A stretch of DNA of 64,000 bases from a virus, in the IMG/VR virus record IMGVR_UViG_3300007511_000004, positions 64,001 through 128,000 of that record, one strand, 5' to 3'. Position numbers and translations under genes: made by a program. Below, piece after piece: positions 20,291 to 29,264 of this stretch. How positions within the stretch are numbered: the first letter of the stretch is position 1; every line of letters begins with the position of its first letter. Under the pieces are notes generated by a model. That model was not told where the DNA came from. It was given only the letters and a program-made list of their open reading frames with translations, and searched no databases.

Positions 20291-20506
20291 ATGCAGGAAT
20301 ATGCAACAAATTTATGGATCAATGCGATCCAAGATACTAAAAAGACTTGGGTTAATACCTGGATTAAAGAGGAAACCATGAACAAACCTCTTAATGAATT
20401 CATTGTAGCCCAAACAGAGTTTACTAAAGAAGCTTTCAAACAGACTACTAATTTCGCGAACGCGGCGGGTGAGGCTTTCTCAAAAATGGTACAAGCCAAT
20501 GACTAA
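20291..20506 (+). CDS. Hypothetical small helical protein
   Basis: GGAG RBS, amphipathic helical sequence. Confidence 0.7.
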   Translation: MQEYATNLWINAIQDTKKTWVNTWIKEETMNKPLNEFIVAQTEFTKEAFKQTTNFANAAGEAFSKMVQAND

Positions 20507-20717
20507 GAACCCCTTTGAAATCCGAGCTGATATAGTAGCATTAGCCAAGGAATATATGGATGCACAGCAGGACCTAAATCTTCGGCTCATCAATGATCTA
20601 TATGAGCAAGGGCAGAAATCCGCTGAAGAGGTTGCAAAGGCATATAAAATGTATTCCATGGAAGACCTTATGGGCAAAGCGAAAGAAATGTACGATTTCG
20701 TTTCTAAGAAAGACTAA
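20499..20717 (+). CDS. Hypothetical protein
   Basis: Overlaps upstream stop; KNPFEIR...AKEMYDFVS. Confidence 0.7.
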   Translation: MTKNPFEIRADIVALAKEYMDAQQDLNLRLINDLYEQGQKSAEEVAKAYKMYSMEDLMGKAKEMYDFVSKKD

Positions 20718-20770
20718 GCTGGCTGAAACTACCCCATAAGGGGTAAAAACAGCAGACTTATATAATAACG

Positions 20771-20809
20771 AAAAAGGGGGTTTACGCGCCCCCTTTTTTA
20801 GTGTATAAT
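20771..20809 (+). promoter_or_regulatory. Terminator hairpin overlapping the gp43 promoter
   Basis: AAAAAGGGGG-TTTACGCG-CCCCCTTTTT with TTTACG-17 nt-TATAAT. Confidence 0.7.
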
Positions 20810-20834
20810 ACTCTTAATTAAAGGAGATATTATA

Positions 20835-23294
20835 GTGAGCTTTTACACATCAGTCGATGTCTATAATAATCGTGTTGTTTATCGAGGTTATACCGATAAC
20901 GGAACCCCGGTAAGCTACAAATATAAATTTGAACCGACCCTTTTCCTACCATCGACGGAAGAGACCGGGTGGCAATCTCTCGATGGGTATAATGTAAAAC
21001 CTCGACAGTTTACTTCACCGAGCGATATGCGAAATTGGATAAAAGCCAATGGGGATACTGATGGCTTTAAATATTATGGTTCTGACCGGCCGGTTATGCA
21101 GTTTATCCAGGATAAATTTCCAGGAGAGATCAAGTACAAAAAAGAACAGATCAATGTAGTCAATTTTGATATCGAGGTTTACTCAGAAGATGGCTTCCCG
21201 CATGCTGAAGAGGCATTGCATCCCATCACTGCTATCACTGCTAAATCCTCCCGTTCTAGCGTATACCACGTATGGGGTCTAAAAGATTATTCGGTAGAGG
21301 AATCCAAACACAAACAACTTATAATCCAGTATCACAAATGCGAGACCGAGGAGGAATTACTCTATAAATTCCTATCGTGGTGGAAAAAGGATTATCCAGA
21401 TATTGTTACTGGGTGGAATATTCGATTCTTTGATATTCCCTACGTCATTAATCGCATTGCCCGGATCGGATCCGAAAAGGCCGCTGAATCTCTTTCTCCA
21501 TGGGGGGTGGTTCGTCAGAAACAAGTCCAATTTAAAAATCAGAATATGGATTCTTATATGATCGTCGGGGTTAACCAGATGGATTATTATGACCTATTCA
21601 AGAAGTTTGGTTACAGTTACGGTCCTCAAGAATCCTATCGTTTGGATCATATTGCACACGTAGTATTAGGTGAACGCAAATTATCATATGAGGAATATGG
21701 TAACCTTCGCAACCTTTATAATGGAAATCATCAGCTTTATATAGACTATAACATCAAAGATGTGGAGCTTATTGAGCGGATGGATGAGAAGATGGATCTG
21801 ATCGGGCTTGCGTGCACTTTGGCGTATAAAGCTGGCGTGAATTTCACTGATGTCTTTGGTACAACCTCTATCTGGGATTCTATTGTATATAGAGAATTGA
21901 CCCCAAGGCATATCGCAGTACCTGCAATGAAAGCCCGGCACCGCATTGCCAACCAATCCGTGGGATTTGCAGGCGGGTATGTCAAAGATGTTAAACCTGA
22001 TATGTATGAGTGGGTGGTATCATTTGACCTAGCATCTCTGTATCCTAATATCATTGCTCAATGGAATATGTCACCCGAGACCCTTATAGATCATCCTCGA
22101 TCTGGTGATAATGTATCTCGTGCCGCAAACGGATCAAGTTATCTTAATGATTTCGAAGGGGCCTTTCCTCGGATCGTTAAGGCTTACTATGATGAACGCA
22201 AAGTCGTTAAGGAGGAAATGCTTGTTGCAATGAAACGCCAACAAGCAGAAGGTACGACTAAAGAACTTGAACGTGAGATTTCTACCGCCCAGAATAAACA
22301 GATGGCGATTAAGATTCTTATGAACTCGCTTTTCGGAGCAATTGGAAATAAATGGTATCGTTATTTCGATCTTAGGATTGCCGAAGGTATTACTTTAACT
22401 GGGCAGCATGTTATTAAATGGTGCGAACGCACGGTCAACGATGAGATCAATAAGATCTTGGGTACTAATGAAGATTATGTAATAGCAATTGATACCGACT
22501 CAGTCTATGTTAATTTCAAACCATTTATTGAAAAGTTCAAACCCGCTGATCCGGTGAAGTTCTTGGACGAAGTATGCCAAGATCATTTCAATAAGTTATT
22601 TGAACGATCAATGGAAGCCCTTTTCGAAGATAGTAATTGCTTCGAGAATCGAATGGATATGGACCGAGAGGTTATTGCCGATCGAGGGATTTGGCAGGCG
22701 AAGAAACGTTATATCCTGAACGTACACAATTCAGAGGGGGTTCAATATGAAAAGCCTAAGCTTAAGATTATGGGCATCGAAGCTATTAAATCCTCTACCC
22801 CCGAGCATGCCCGGAACTGGATGAAGGAGCTATTCCCGATCCTTATGACGGGTACCGAGAAGGAGACCCAGGATTATATCCGGGCTTGCAAAGAAAAATT
22901 CAAATCCCTTCGACCTGAAGAAGTGGCAGCGCCACGTGGTGTAAGCGATATTAATAAGTGGCAAAGCCGCGCAGAGATCTATGCAAAAGGTTGTCCTATT
23001 CACGTACGTGGTTCTTTACTTTATAATCATATGATATCTGATAAGGGTCTATCGGGGAAATACGACTACATCAAAAACGGGGAGAAGATTAAATATACAT
23101 ATCTTCGTAAGCCAAATCCTCTTAAGGAAAATGTAATAGCTTTCCCTGATTATCTTCCACCGGAGTTGGGCCTAGAGAGATACGTCGATTACGATCTACA
23201 ATTCGACAAGGCGTTTCTTGATCCGGTAAAAGCGATCCTTGATGCGATCGGTTGGAGAGCCGAAGAAACCGCAACCCTTGAAGCATTTTTCTAG
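20835..23294 (+). CDS. gp43: Family B DNA polymerase
   Basis: FDIEV, SFDLASLYP, KILMNSLFG, IDTDS, KKRY; uninterrupted. Confidence 0.98.
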   Translation: MSFYTSVDVYNNRVVYRGYTDNGTPVSYKYKFEPTLFLPSTEETGWQSLDGYNVKPRQFTSPSDMRNWIKANGDTDGFKYYGSDRPVMQFIQDKFPGEIKYKKEQINVVNFDIEVYSEDGFPHAEEALHPITAITAKSSRSSVYHVWGLKDYSVEESKHKQLIIQYHKCETEEELLYKFLSWWKKDYPDIVTGWNIRFFDIPYVINRIARIGSEKAAESLSPWGVVRQKQVQFKNQNMDSYMIVGVNQMDYYDLFKKFGYSYGPQESYRLDHIAHVVLGERKLSYEEYGNLRNLYNGNHQLYIDYNIKDVELIERMDEKMDLIGLACTLAYKAGVNFTDVFGTTSIWDSIVYRELTPRHIAVPAMKARHRIANQSVGFAGGYVKDVKPDMYEWVVSFDLASLYPNIIAQWNMSPETLIDHPRSGDNVSRAANGSSYLNDFEGAFPRIVKAYYDERKVVKEEMLVAMKRQQAEGTTKELEREISTAQNKQMAIKILMNSLFGAIGNKWYRYFDLRIAEGITLTGQHVIKWCERTVNDEINKILGTNEDYVIAIDTDSVYVNFKPFIEKFKPADPVKFLDEVCQDHFNKLFERSMEALFEDSNCFENRMDMDREVIADRGIWQAKKRYILNVHNSEGVQYEKPKLKIMGIEAIKSSTPEHARNWMKELFPILMTGTEKETQDYIRACKEKFKSLRPEEVAAPRGVSDINKWQSRAEIYAKGCPIHVRGSLLYNHMISDKGLSGKYDYIKNGEKIKYTYLRKPNPLKENVIAFPDYLPPELGLERYVDYDLQFDKAFLDPVKAILDAIGWRAEETATLEAFF

Positions 23295-23365
23295 TAGGGG
23301 GGTTTCTTTATCTAAGAAAGTATGATATAATATGAACATTCACAATGGGAAGAACGGAGAATTAT

Positions 23366-23776
23366 ATGTCTGATTGGGCAAATGATATTTATATGATGCA
23401 CAATAAATTTGGGGTGCGAGAATGGTTTGAGAAAAATAAAGACAATGAAGAATTGATGCGAGAATACCTTCAATTTCGAATGTCTATGATTATGGAAGAA
23501 TTTGTTGAAACCCTGGATGCTATTGAGGCTAAAGACCCCGAAGAAATTGTTGACGGTCTGATTGATCTATGTGTCTTTGCAATTGGTACCCTGGACGTAA
23601 TGGGCGTGGATGCGAATATGGCATGGGATCAGATCCATGAAGCCAATATGTCTAAATCGCCGGGCGTGAAGCCTGGCCGTCCGAACCCGTTTGGCATGCC
23701 GGATCTTCTTAAGCCTGAGGGTTGGGTAGGACCAAGTCATGAGGGAAATCATGGCGATCTCGCTCTCGTCGTTTAA
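23366..23776 (+). CDS. MazG/all-alpha dNTP pyrophosphohydrolase
   Basis: EEFVE, EIVDGLID, HEANMSK, KPEGW. Confidence 0.85.
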   Translation: MSDWANDIYMMHNKFGVREWFEKNKDNEELMREYLQFRMSMIMEEFVETLDAIEAKDPEEIVDGLIDLCVFAIGTLDVMGVDANMAWDQIHEANMSKSPGVKPGRPNPFGMPDLLKPEGWVGPSHEGNHGDLALVV

Positions 23777-24677
23777 AAATCAATACGACAATAAACCTAA
23801 ACAAACGGATTTCTCAGATTGGAAACATTTTGAGAGATTCCTCTATGCCCTTGCTGAAAGACCGCTAGGAGGTAAAAGGGATGCAGAACTTATTTCTCCG
23901 GCTGTATATGAGCCTGGAACCAGACGCGCAAATAAAAATGTATTATCTTGGGCAGGCTGGTGTGCTGTTGATGTTGACGATATTGAACTTGGGGATGACA
24001 ATGTAAACGATTACGTTGACACCTTGTCCGATTGGCGTTACGTCTGCTATTCTACGGCTAGCTCTAAAGAAGAACAGCCTAAGTTTAGGATCGTCTTCCA
24101 ATTAGATCGAGACGTAGTAACTCAAGAGATTAAACATTTCTGGTACGCCCTCCAATCGTATTTGGATGAAGCTGGGGATAAACAGTGTAAAGATCTCAGT
24201 CGAATGTACTATGTTCCCGCAACGTATGATAGCGCGTTCAACTTCATTTTCAGTGGTGGTTCGGAGCCATTAGTGGTATCTGATCTACTTAGCAAATATC
24301 CGTATGTGGAAAAGAAAAATAGTAATAACTTTATAGATCGACTACCGGAGAAACTTCAGCGGCAGGTGATCGAACATCGTAAATCGAAGATGGAGGCAAC
24401 CCAATACAATTGGTCTGGATATACCGATTGTCCATTCTGGCCAACTAAACTTGCTAACGAGTATCGAGGGATCACTGGAACTGGTTGGTATCATAAGATG
24501 TATCAAATCATGGTAGCGATATCAGCCCGAGCTATTAGTAAGGGATACCCTATAAGAGCTGATCAGGTTGCAGAATTATGTAAGGAATTCGATCGTGAAA
24601 ATGGCAATTGGTACGAGTCTCGACCCCTAGAAGTTGAAGCCGATCGCGCGCTCGAGTACGCATATAAAAACATATAG
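23751..24677 (+). CDS. Archaeo-eukaryotic-type primase-like protein
   Basis: AVDVDD (DxD), YSTAS, KFRIVF, KDLSRMYYVP, helical C-terminal domain. Confidence 0.7.
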   Translation: MAISLSSFKNQYDNKPKQTDFSDWKHFERFLYALAERPLGGKRDAELISPAVYEPGTRRANKNVLSWAGWCAVDVDDIELGDDNVNDYVDTLSDWRYVCYSTASSKEEQPKFRIVFQLDRDVVTQEIKHFWYALQSYLDEAGDKQCKDLSRMYYVPATYDSAFNFIFSGGSEPLVVSDLLSKYPYVEKKNSNNFIDRLPEKLQRQVIEHRKSKMEATQYNWSGYTDCPFWPTKLANEYRGITGTGWYHKMYQIMVAISARAISKGYPIRADQVAELCKEFDRENGNWYESRPLEVEADRALEYAYKNI

Positions 24678-24681
24678 GGGG

Positions 24682-24710
24682 TTTACATTTAATTCGAACT
24701 ATGATATCAT
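24682..24710 (+). promoter_or_regulatory. Early promoter
   Basis: GGGGGTTTACA-17 nt-TATCAT. Confidence 0.7.
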
Positions 24711-24737
24711 AGTTATATCAAATCAGGAGAATATATA

Positions 24738-25292
24738 ATGTGGACTGTAGATGATACTGTCGCCTGTGACCGCCGGAGTTTTGAAGGTAAATCCGACGAA
24801 GTCAAAGCCTACATTGATGAAGTTGTAGCAAAAGCCGAAGCCATGGGCATGGTTGGAGATGGACGGTTTGACTTTGAAGTAGTGCACTACGTCAACGACG
24901 ATTACGACTTGAATGTAAAGTACGAATTTACTCGCACTGAAACTGAAAAGGAAACCGCTCGTCGTGAAGCTGCTGAAGCAAAAGAAAAGGCTCGTAAGGC
25001 TGCTGAACGTAAGAAAGCTAGTGAAAAGCGTAAACCGAAAAACGAAGCTGAATACGAAGAATTCTTGCGTTTGAAAGCCAAGTTTGAAGGAGCTCACTAT
25101 GGTATGTGGGCAATTGAAGCAAAAAGATTTGGTCACAATCCCGACTTCTTTTATATATCAGGATTGACTCAGGGTGAGTCTCGTAAACTTCATGCTCAGA
25201 TGAGTAACTCTGGTGAATGGGCATGTGTTCGAGAGATCTTGAGAGATGTCGTCAATGGCAAAGTGACGTGGGAGCGAATAACAAATCAATAG
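24738..25292 (+). CDS. Hypothetical protein (possibly two fused small genes)
   Basis: AGGAG RBS; internal AGGAG plus in-frame ATG at 25104. Confidence 0.65.
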   Translation: MWTVDDTVACDRRSFEGKSDEVKAYIDEVVAKAEAMGMVGDGRFDFEVVHYVNDDYDLNVKYEFTRTETEKETARREAAEAKEKARKAAERKKASEKRKPKNEAEYEEFLRLKAKFEGAHYGMWAIEAKRFGHNPDFFYISGLTQGESRKLHAQMSNSGEWACVREILRDVVNGKVTWERITNQ

Positions 25293-25330
25293 CAAAGATC
25301 TGCTGACAAAACTAGTAGAGAAGTAGTAAT

Positions 25331-25834
25331 ATGATTTTTAATACTAACAGCCTTTCAGATGCTGATTGGGTCAAACTGGATAAAGAGATGATCAGTGAAG
25401 CCAATCGCATTTATACGAGTCCGAAAGCCCGCCGTGGCAGATCTCCAGAAGAAGTATGGGCATGTGTCCGAAAGGGTCGCCCAGCAGAATATTTCTTGAG
25501 GAAAACCTTTAACTGGGCTGACGATCCTCGGGGATATCACGATTTACTTAGTCACGTAGGATTAAGCATAGAAGTAAAATGTTGGGATGAGTGGTGGATA
25601 TCTCGGAACATAATCCAGCTATCCGAAACGCGCGCGAAGGGCACCTGGTTTAAATCTGATTGGGTATTCGTATTTACATGTGATGTGAAAAATGAAAAAT
25701 ACACATTATATGATATATACGAATGGAACCCAACACTTGAGACTTTTATTCCCGGCAAATTTGACTGGCCTGCTGAATATGAAGTTCATGAATCCCTAGA
25801 AGCAGACCGCAAATTTTTGGAGGAGATAGAATGA
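25331..25834 (+). CDS. Hypothetical protein, possible PD-(D/E)XK nuclease
   Basis: PAE...YHDLL...IEVK. Confidence 0.45.
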   Translation: MIFNTNSLSDADWVKLDKEMISEANRIYTSPKARRGRSPEEVWACVRKGRPAEYFLRKTFNWADDPRGYHDLLSHVGLSIEVKCWDEWWISRNIIQLSETRAKGTWFKSDWVFVFTCDVKNEKYTLYDIYEWNPTLETFIPGKFDWPAEYEVHESLEADRKFLEEIE

Positions 25835-26013
25835 AATATTATTACGGCAAGGTTGTGGAGGCGGACGACGGTGAGTTAATGATCGAGTTTCCCGACGATC
25901 TAATGGAAAAACTGGCATGGGAAGAGGGCACAAGAATTAACTGGACTGATAATGGCGATGGTACCTGGACAGTCACAGCAGGCCCTGAAGAGGATAAAAA
26001 GAATGAAGAATAG
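25831..26013 (+). CDS. AbrB/MazE-like small DNA-binding protein
   Basis: GELMIEFPDDLMEKLAWEEGTRINW swapped-hairpin pattern. Confidence 0.7.
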   Translation: MKYYYGKVVEADDGELMIEFPDDLMEKLAWEEGTRINWTDNGDGTWTVTAGPEEDKKNEE

Positions 26014-26230
26014 AAGAAAGAGGCCTGGACTGATAACTCGTCTTTTCACAGACCTGTATACCGTAACACTCTACATAGAAGAGGACGGTGTGACAACCCA
26101 GACAATTTATAGACTGAAAGAGCTTAAAAAGATTAACTCCCATTATCTAAAGGGCGTGCTTGAAGATGGAACCGAAATCGAGTTTCGAATGGAGAAATCC
26201 TTTGATTATAAGGTGGTGAAACATTACTAA
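26003..26230 (+). CDS. Hypothetical protein
   Basis: GAGG RBS; TAATG coupling to kdsA. Confidence 0.6.
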   Translation: MKNRRKRPGLITRLFTDLYTVTLYIEEDGVTTQTIYRLKELKKINSHYLKGVLEDGTEIEFRMEKSFDYKVVKHY

Positions 26231-27015
26231 TGCGGATTATTGCAGGACCGTGTCAACACGAGAGTTTAAGTCAAAGTCTAGATATTGCAAAAGAATGTAA
26301 ATGGGTATGTGATCAGTATGGCTTTGAATACATCTTCAAGGCCAGCTATGATAAAGCTAATCGTACACACGTTAACGGCAAACGAGGATTAGGGCTATAT
26401 CAGACTCTCTATGACTTCAAAGATATGAAAGACGAGATCCCTGACCTAAAGATCCTTACTGATGTTCATACAAGTGCTGATGTATATGCAATAGCGGATA
26501 ATATGGAACTGGCGGATGTTGTTGATATTGTACAAATCCCCGCATTCCTATGTCGCCAAACTGATTTAATCCAAGCCGCCGCAAACCGGTTTAAGATCGT
26601 TAATATTAAGAAAGGCCAGTTCCTTGCACCTTGGGATGTACAAGGCATCCTAAGTAAGACTGAAGCCTATGACATTGAAACCTGGATCACAGAAAGGGGT
26701 ACCAGCTTTGGATACAACACTCTCGTTAATGACTTTGCAGGCATGCAATATCTTCATAATTTGTTGGGCGATAACTTCGTTTACGATGTTACTCATTCAG
26801 TCCAGTCACCAGGAGGTAAAGGAGATTCTTCTGGCGGCAACCGTGATTTCGTTGCCGGTCTTAGCCGTGCAGCTGCTGCTATGGGCATTTCTTCTTTCTT
26901 TATAGAAGTTCATCCAGATCCGGACAACGCTCCAAGCGATGGGCCCAATATGATTCAACTAGATAAATTTCAACAGGTGATTGATGACATCGACCGCTAT
27001 TCTTATCCCCGCTAG
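26230..27015 (+). CDS. kdsA: KDO-8-phosphate synthase
   Basis: IAGPC, FKASYDKANRT, QIPAFLCRQTDL, KKGQFLAP, DVTHSVQ, EVHPDP...SDGPN. Confidence 0.95.
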   Translation: MRIIAGPCQHESLSQSLDIAKECKWVCDQYGFEYIFKASYDKANRTHVNGKRGLGLYQTLYDFKDMKDEIPDLKILTDVHTSADVYAIADNMELADVVDIVQIPAFLCRQTDLIQAAANRFKIVNIKKGQFLAPWDVQGILSKTEAYDIETWITERGTSFGYNTLVNDFAGMQYLHNLLGDNFVYDVTHSVQSPGGKGDSSGGNRDFVAGLSRAAAAMGISSFFIEVHPDPDNAPSDGPNMIQLDKFQQVIDDIDRYSYPR

Positions 27016-27673
27016 GATCGGGTCTAAAAGGTTTCCGGGTAAACCTTTAATCCACCTTGATGGTGTACCTATGATTCGAAGGATCTACGATATTTGTAGC
27101 TCTACGGGTCTGCGCACGTATGTTCTTACGGACTCTGAAGAGATCTGTAAGGTTATCCCAAATGGCGATGCACTGATGACCGACGGTTATAGCGATCTTC
27201 CCCCTCGGAATGGTACTGAGCGCTGCTCAATCGCAGCGGCCCATATAAAAGATCTTGCCGAGCACGATTATTTTATCAACGTTCAGGGAGATATGCCAGA
27301 CATAACCCCCGAAATGATCCATAAGGTACGTGCTTTATTGGATCACTATACTGTATCAACGTTATATACGGATCTGCCTGAAAATATGAAGGAGGATCCA
27401 AATACGGTTAAAATGATAACCAACGGCGACATCGCACATTGGTTCGGTCGAGGGTTTAAATACGGGCATCACCACTTGGGAATCTATGGGTACCGTAAAA
27501 CCGCCCTAAAAAGTTACTATCATCGTGCTCCATCTGAATATGAAATTATCGAGGAATTGGAACAGCTAAGATGGTTCGAGGGGGGTTTACGGATAGGCGT
27601 AGATATGGTACAATTCAATGGTATCGAAATTAATACACCAGAAGACGCGGAAAGGTGGAACGCTAATGACTGA
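26984..27673 (+). CDS. kdsB: CMP-KDO synthetase
   Basis: IPARIGSKRFPGKPL, NGTER, NVQGD, HLGIYGYR, LEQLR. Confidence 0.93.
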   Translation: MTSTAILIPARIGSKRFPGKPLIHLDGVPMIRRIYDICSSTGLRTYVLTDSEEICKVIPNGDALMTDGYSDLPPRNGTERCSIAAAHIKDLAEHDYFINVQGDMPDITPEMIHKVRALLDHYTVSTLYTDLPENMKEDPNTVKMITNGDIAHWFGRGFKYGHHHLGIYGYRKTALKSYYHRAPSEYEIIEELEQLRWFEGGLRIGVDMVQFNGIEINTPEDAERWNAND

Positions 27674-27710
27674 TAAAGCACTTTGGATGAATAACTGAGG
27701 GGGATCTTAA

Positions 27711-28058
27711 ATGAAAGCTGGAAAAGTATGGGGTATGACTGAACTCATTGAAGCCAATGGGGCTTTAGAGTTTCACCGTATTGAAATGGATAAGGGCGGG
27801 GTTTGTTCAAAACACCTCCATGAGTTTAAGTGGAATGGATTCTACGTCGAGTCTGGTAAGATGCTTATTCGAGTATGGCAAAAAGATTATGATCTTGTAG
27901 ATGAAACTATTCTATATCCTGGTGATTATACTAAGGTAAAGCCTGGGGTATACCACCAATTCGAATGTCTTGAATCCGGGGTAGCTTATGAGCTGTACTG
28001 GGCGGAGTTTTCTCATTCAGATATCAAACGGGAGACGGTTGGGTTTCAACAACACTAG
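27711..28058 (+). CDS. Cupin (sugar isomerase/epimerase-like)
   Basis: KVWG, CSKHLH, VESG, PGVYHQF. Confidence 0.75.
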   Translation: MKAGKVWGMTELIEANGALEFHRIEMDKGGVCSKHLHEFKWNGFYVESGKMLIRVWQKDYDLVDETILYPGDYTKVKPGVYHQFECLESGVAYELYWAEFSHSDIKRETVGFQQH

Positions 28059-28066
28059 GATCAAAT

Positions 28067-28624
28067 ATGAAAGAGCTAGAACCCGTTGGTATAACCTGTA
28101 GCACCTTTGATCTATTACATGCCGGTCACATACTAATGTTGAGAGAAGCAAAAAATGTCTGCAATTATCTAATTTGTGGTTTACAAGTAGATCCAAGTTA
28201 TGATAGAATATATAAGAACCCACCGGTACAGACGTTAGTAGAACGCTACTCTCAACTGGCTGCAGTGAGGTATGTTGATGAAATTATTCCATACCAAACC
28301 GAGAAGGATTTAATGGATATATTGCAAATGTATCCTATTGATGTACGCATTATCGGCGACGAATATAAGACCCGAGATTTTACTGGTAAAGAAGAATGTC
28401 GTCGTCTAGGCATTGACATTTATTATAATAAAAGGGATCATAGATTTTCATCTTCTGATCTAAGACAAAGGGTACATGAGAATGAACAGAGTAAGCGGGA
28501 GAAATCTCTCCGAGGGGCTCAAAGCGCTAAGGACTTTATTATACAGACAGGGATACGAGATTCAGACGGGGAGCTGGCAGGGTACGACCTCTCCGCCTAC
28601 GTTCCTGGAGATTCTTCACGCTGA
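28067..28624 (+). CDS. tagD: Glycerol-3-phosphate cytidylyltransferase-like
   Basis: STFDLLHAGH, YVDEIIPY, IIGDEY, RFSSS. Confidence 0.85.
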   Translation: MKELEPVGITCSTFDLLHAGHILMLREAKNVCNYLICGLQVDPSYDRIYKNPPVQTLVERYSQLAAVRYVDEIIPYQTEKDLMDILQMYPIDVRIIGDEYKTRDFTGKEECRRLGIDIYYNKRDHRFSSSDLRQRVHENEQSKREKSLRGAQSAKDFIIQTGIRDSDGELAGYDLSAYVPGDSSR

Positions 28625-29264
28625 CCTCGTTGCTCCTATGTATAGTAATGCGAAGAGAGCGTCAGATGAATTAGAAGCAAGTCAACCCTGGGCTGATGTA
28701 CACTTTCGAGAACGGGTCGGCGGCGAACCTCTGAATCCTCCCCCATCACATACTATGTGGCTTAAAGACACTGAGAAATATATGTCGGGTGCTAATGATA
28801 CCGCATTCTCTCACTCCTACCCTGAACGTATGTGGGCACCGAGCGTCGATGGTATCCGCTTTAAAACTGGTAACCTGGGCGATGCAGTAGAGCTACTTAA
28901 AAAAGATAGCACTACCCGCCAGTGCTACGTTCCCATGTGGTTTCCCGAGGATATTGTAGCAGCCAATGCGGGAGAACGAGTACCGTGCTCATTTGGATGG
29001 CACTTTCTGGAACGTGGCGGTCAACTACACTGTTCATATCATATGCGATCTTGTGATGTAGTCCGACACTTACATAATGATCTATACTTCGCCAATCGTC
29101 TTACTATGTGGATGATTGAGCAAAGCGGTATGGATGTTAAGCCTGGGTATCTTCACTTCTCCTCGACCTCGCTCCATTGCTTTGCAAATGATCGTTTCGC
29201 ATTGAGGCGTCTTTCGGGTGTGACCGAATATAACTGGGATAATTTTGAAGGAGCAGCCGTTTAA
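28482..29264 (+). CDS. Thymidylate-synthase-fold dCMP-modifying enzyme (gp42-like)
   Basis: RVPC catalytic Cys, MRSCDVVRHLHND with Asp at the dCMP-specificity position, SLHCF. Confidence 0.75.
   Translation: MNRVSGRNLSEGLKALRTLLYRQGYEIQTGSWQGTTSPPTFLEILHADLVAPMYSNAKRASDELEASQPWADVHFRERVGGEPLNPPPSHTMWLKDTEKYMSGANDTAFSHSYPERMWAPSVDGIRFKTGNLGDAVELLKKDSTTRQCYVPMWFPEDIVAANAGERVPCSFGWHFLERGGQLHCSYHMRSCDVVRHLHNDLYFANRLTMWMIEQSGMDVKPGYLHFSSTSLHCFANDRFALRRLSGVTEYNWDNFEGAAV

Noticed and set aside
20835-23294. Inteins or introns in gp43 (also checked gp41, nrdJ, uvsW, gp46)
   Set aside because: Frames are continuous, of normal length, and show no intein blocks
28482-29264. Ordinary ThyA thymidylate synthase
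   Set aside because: Asp rather than Asn at the specificity position, divergent folate-binding region, and ThyX is present
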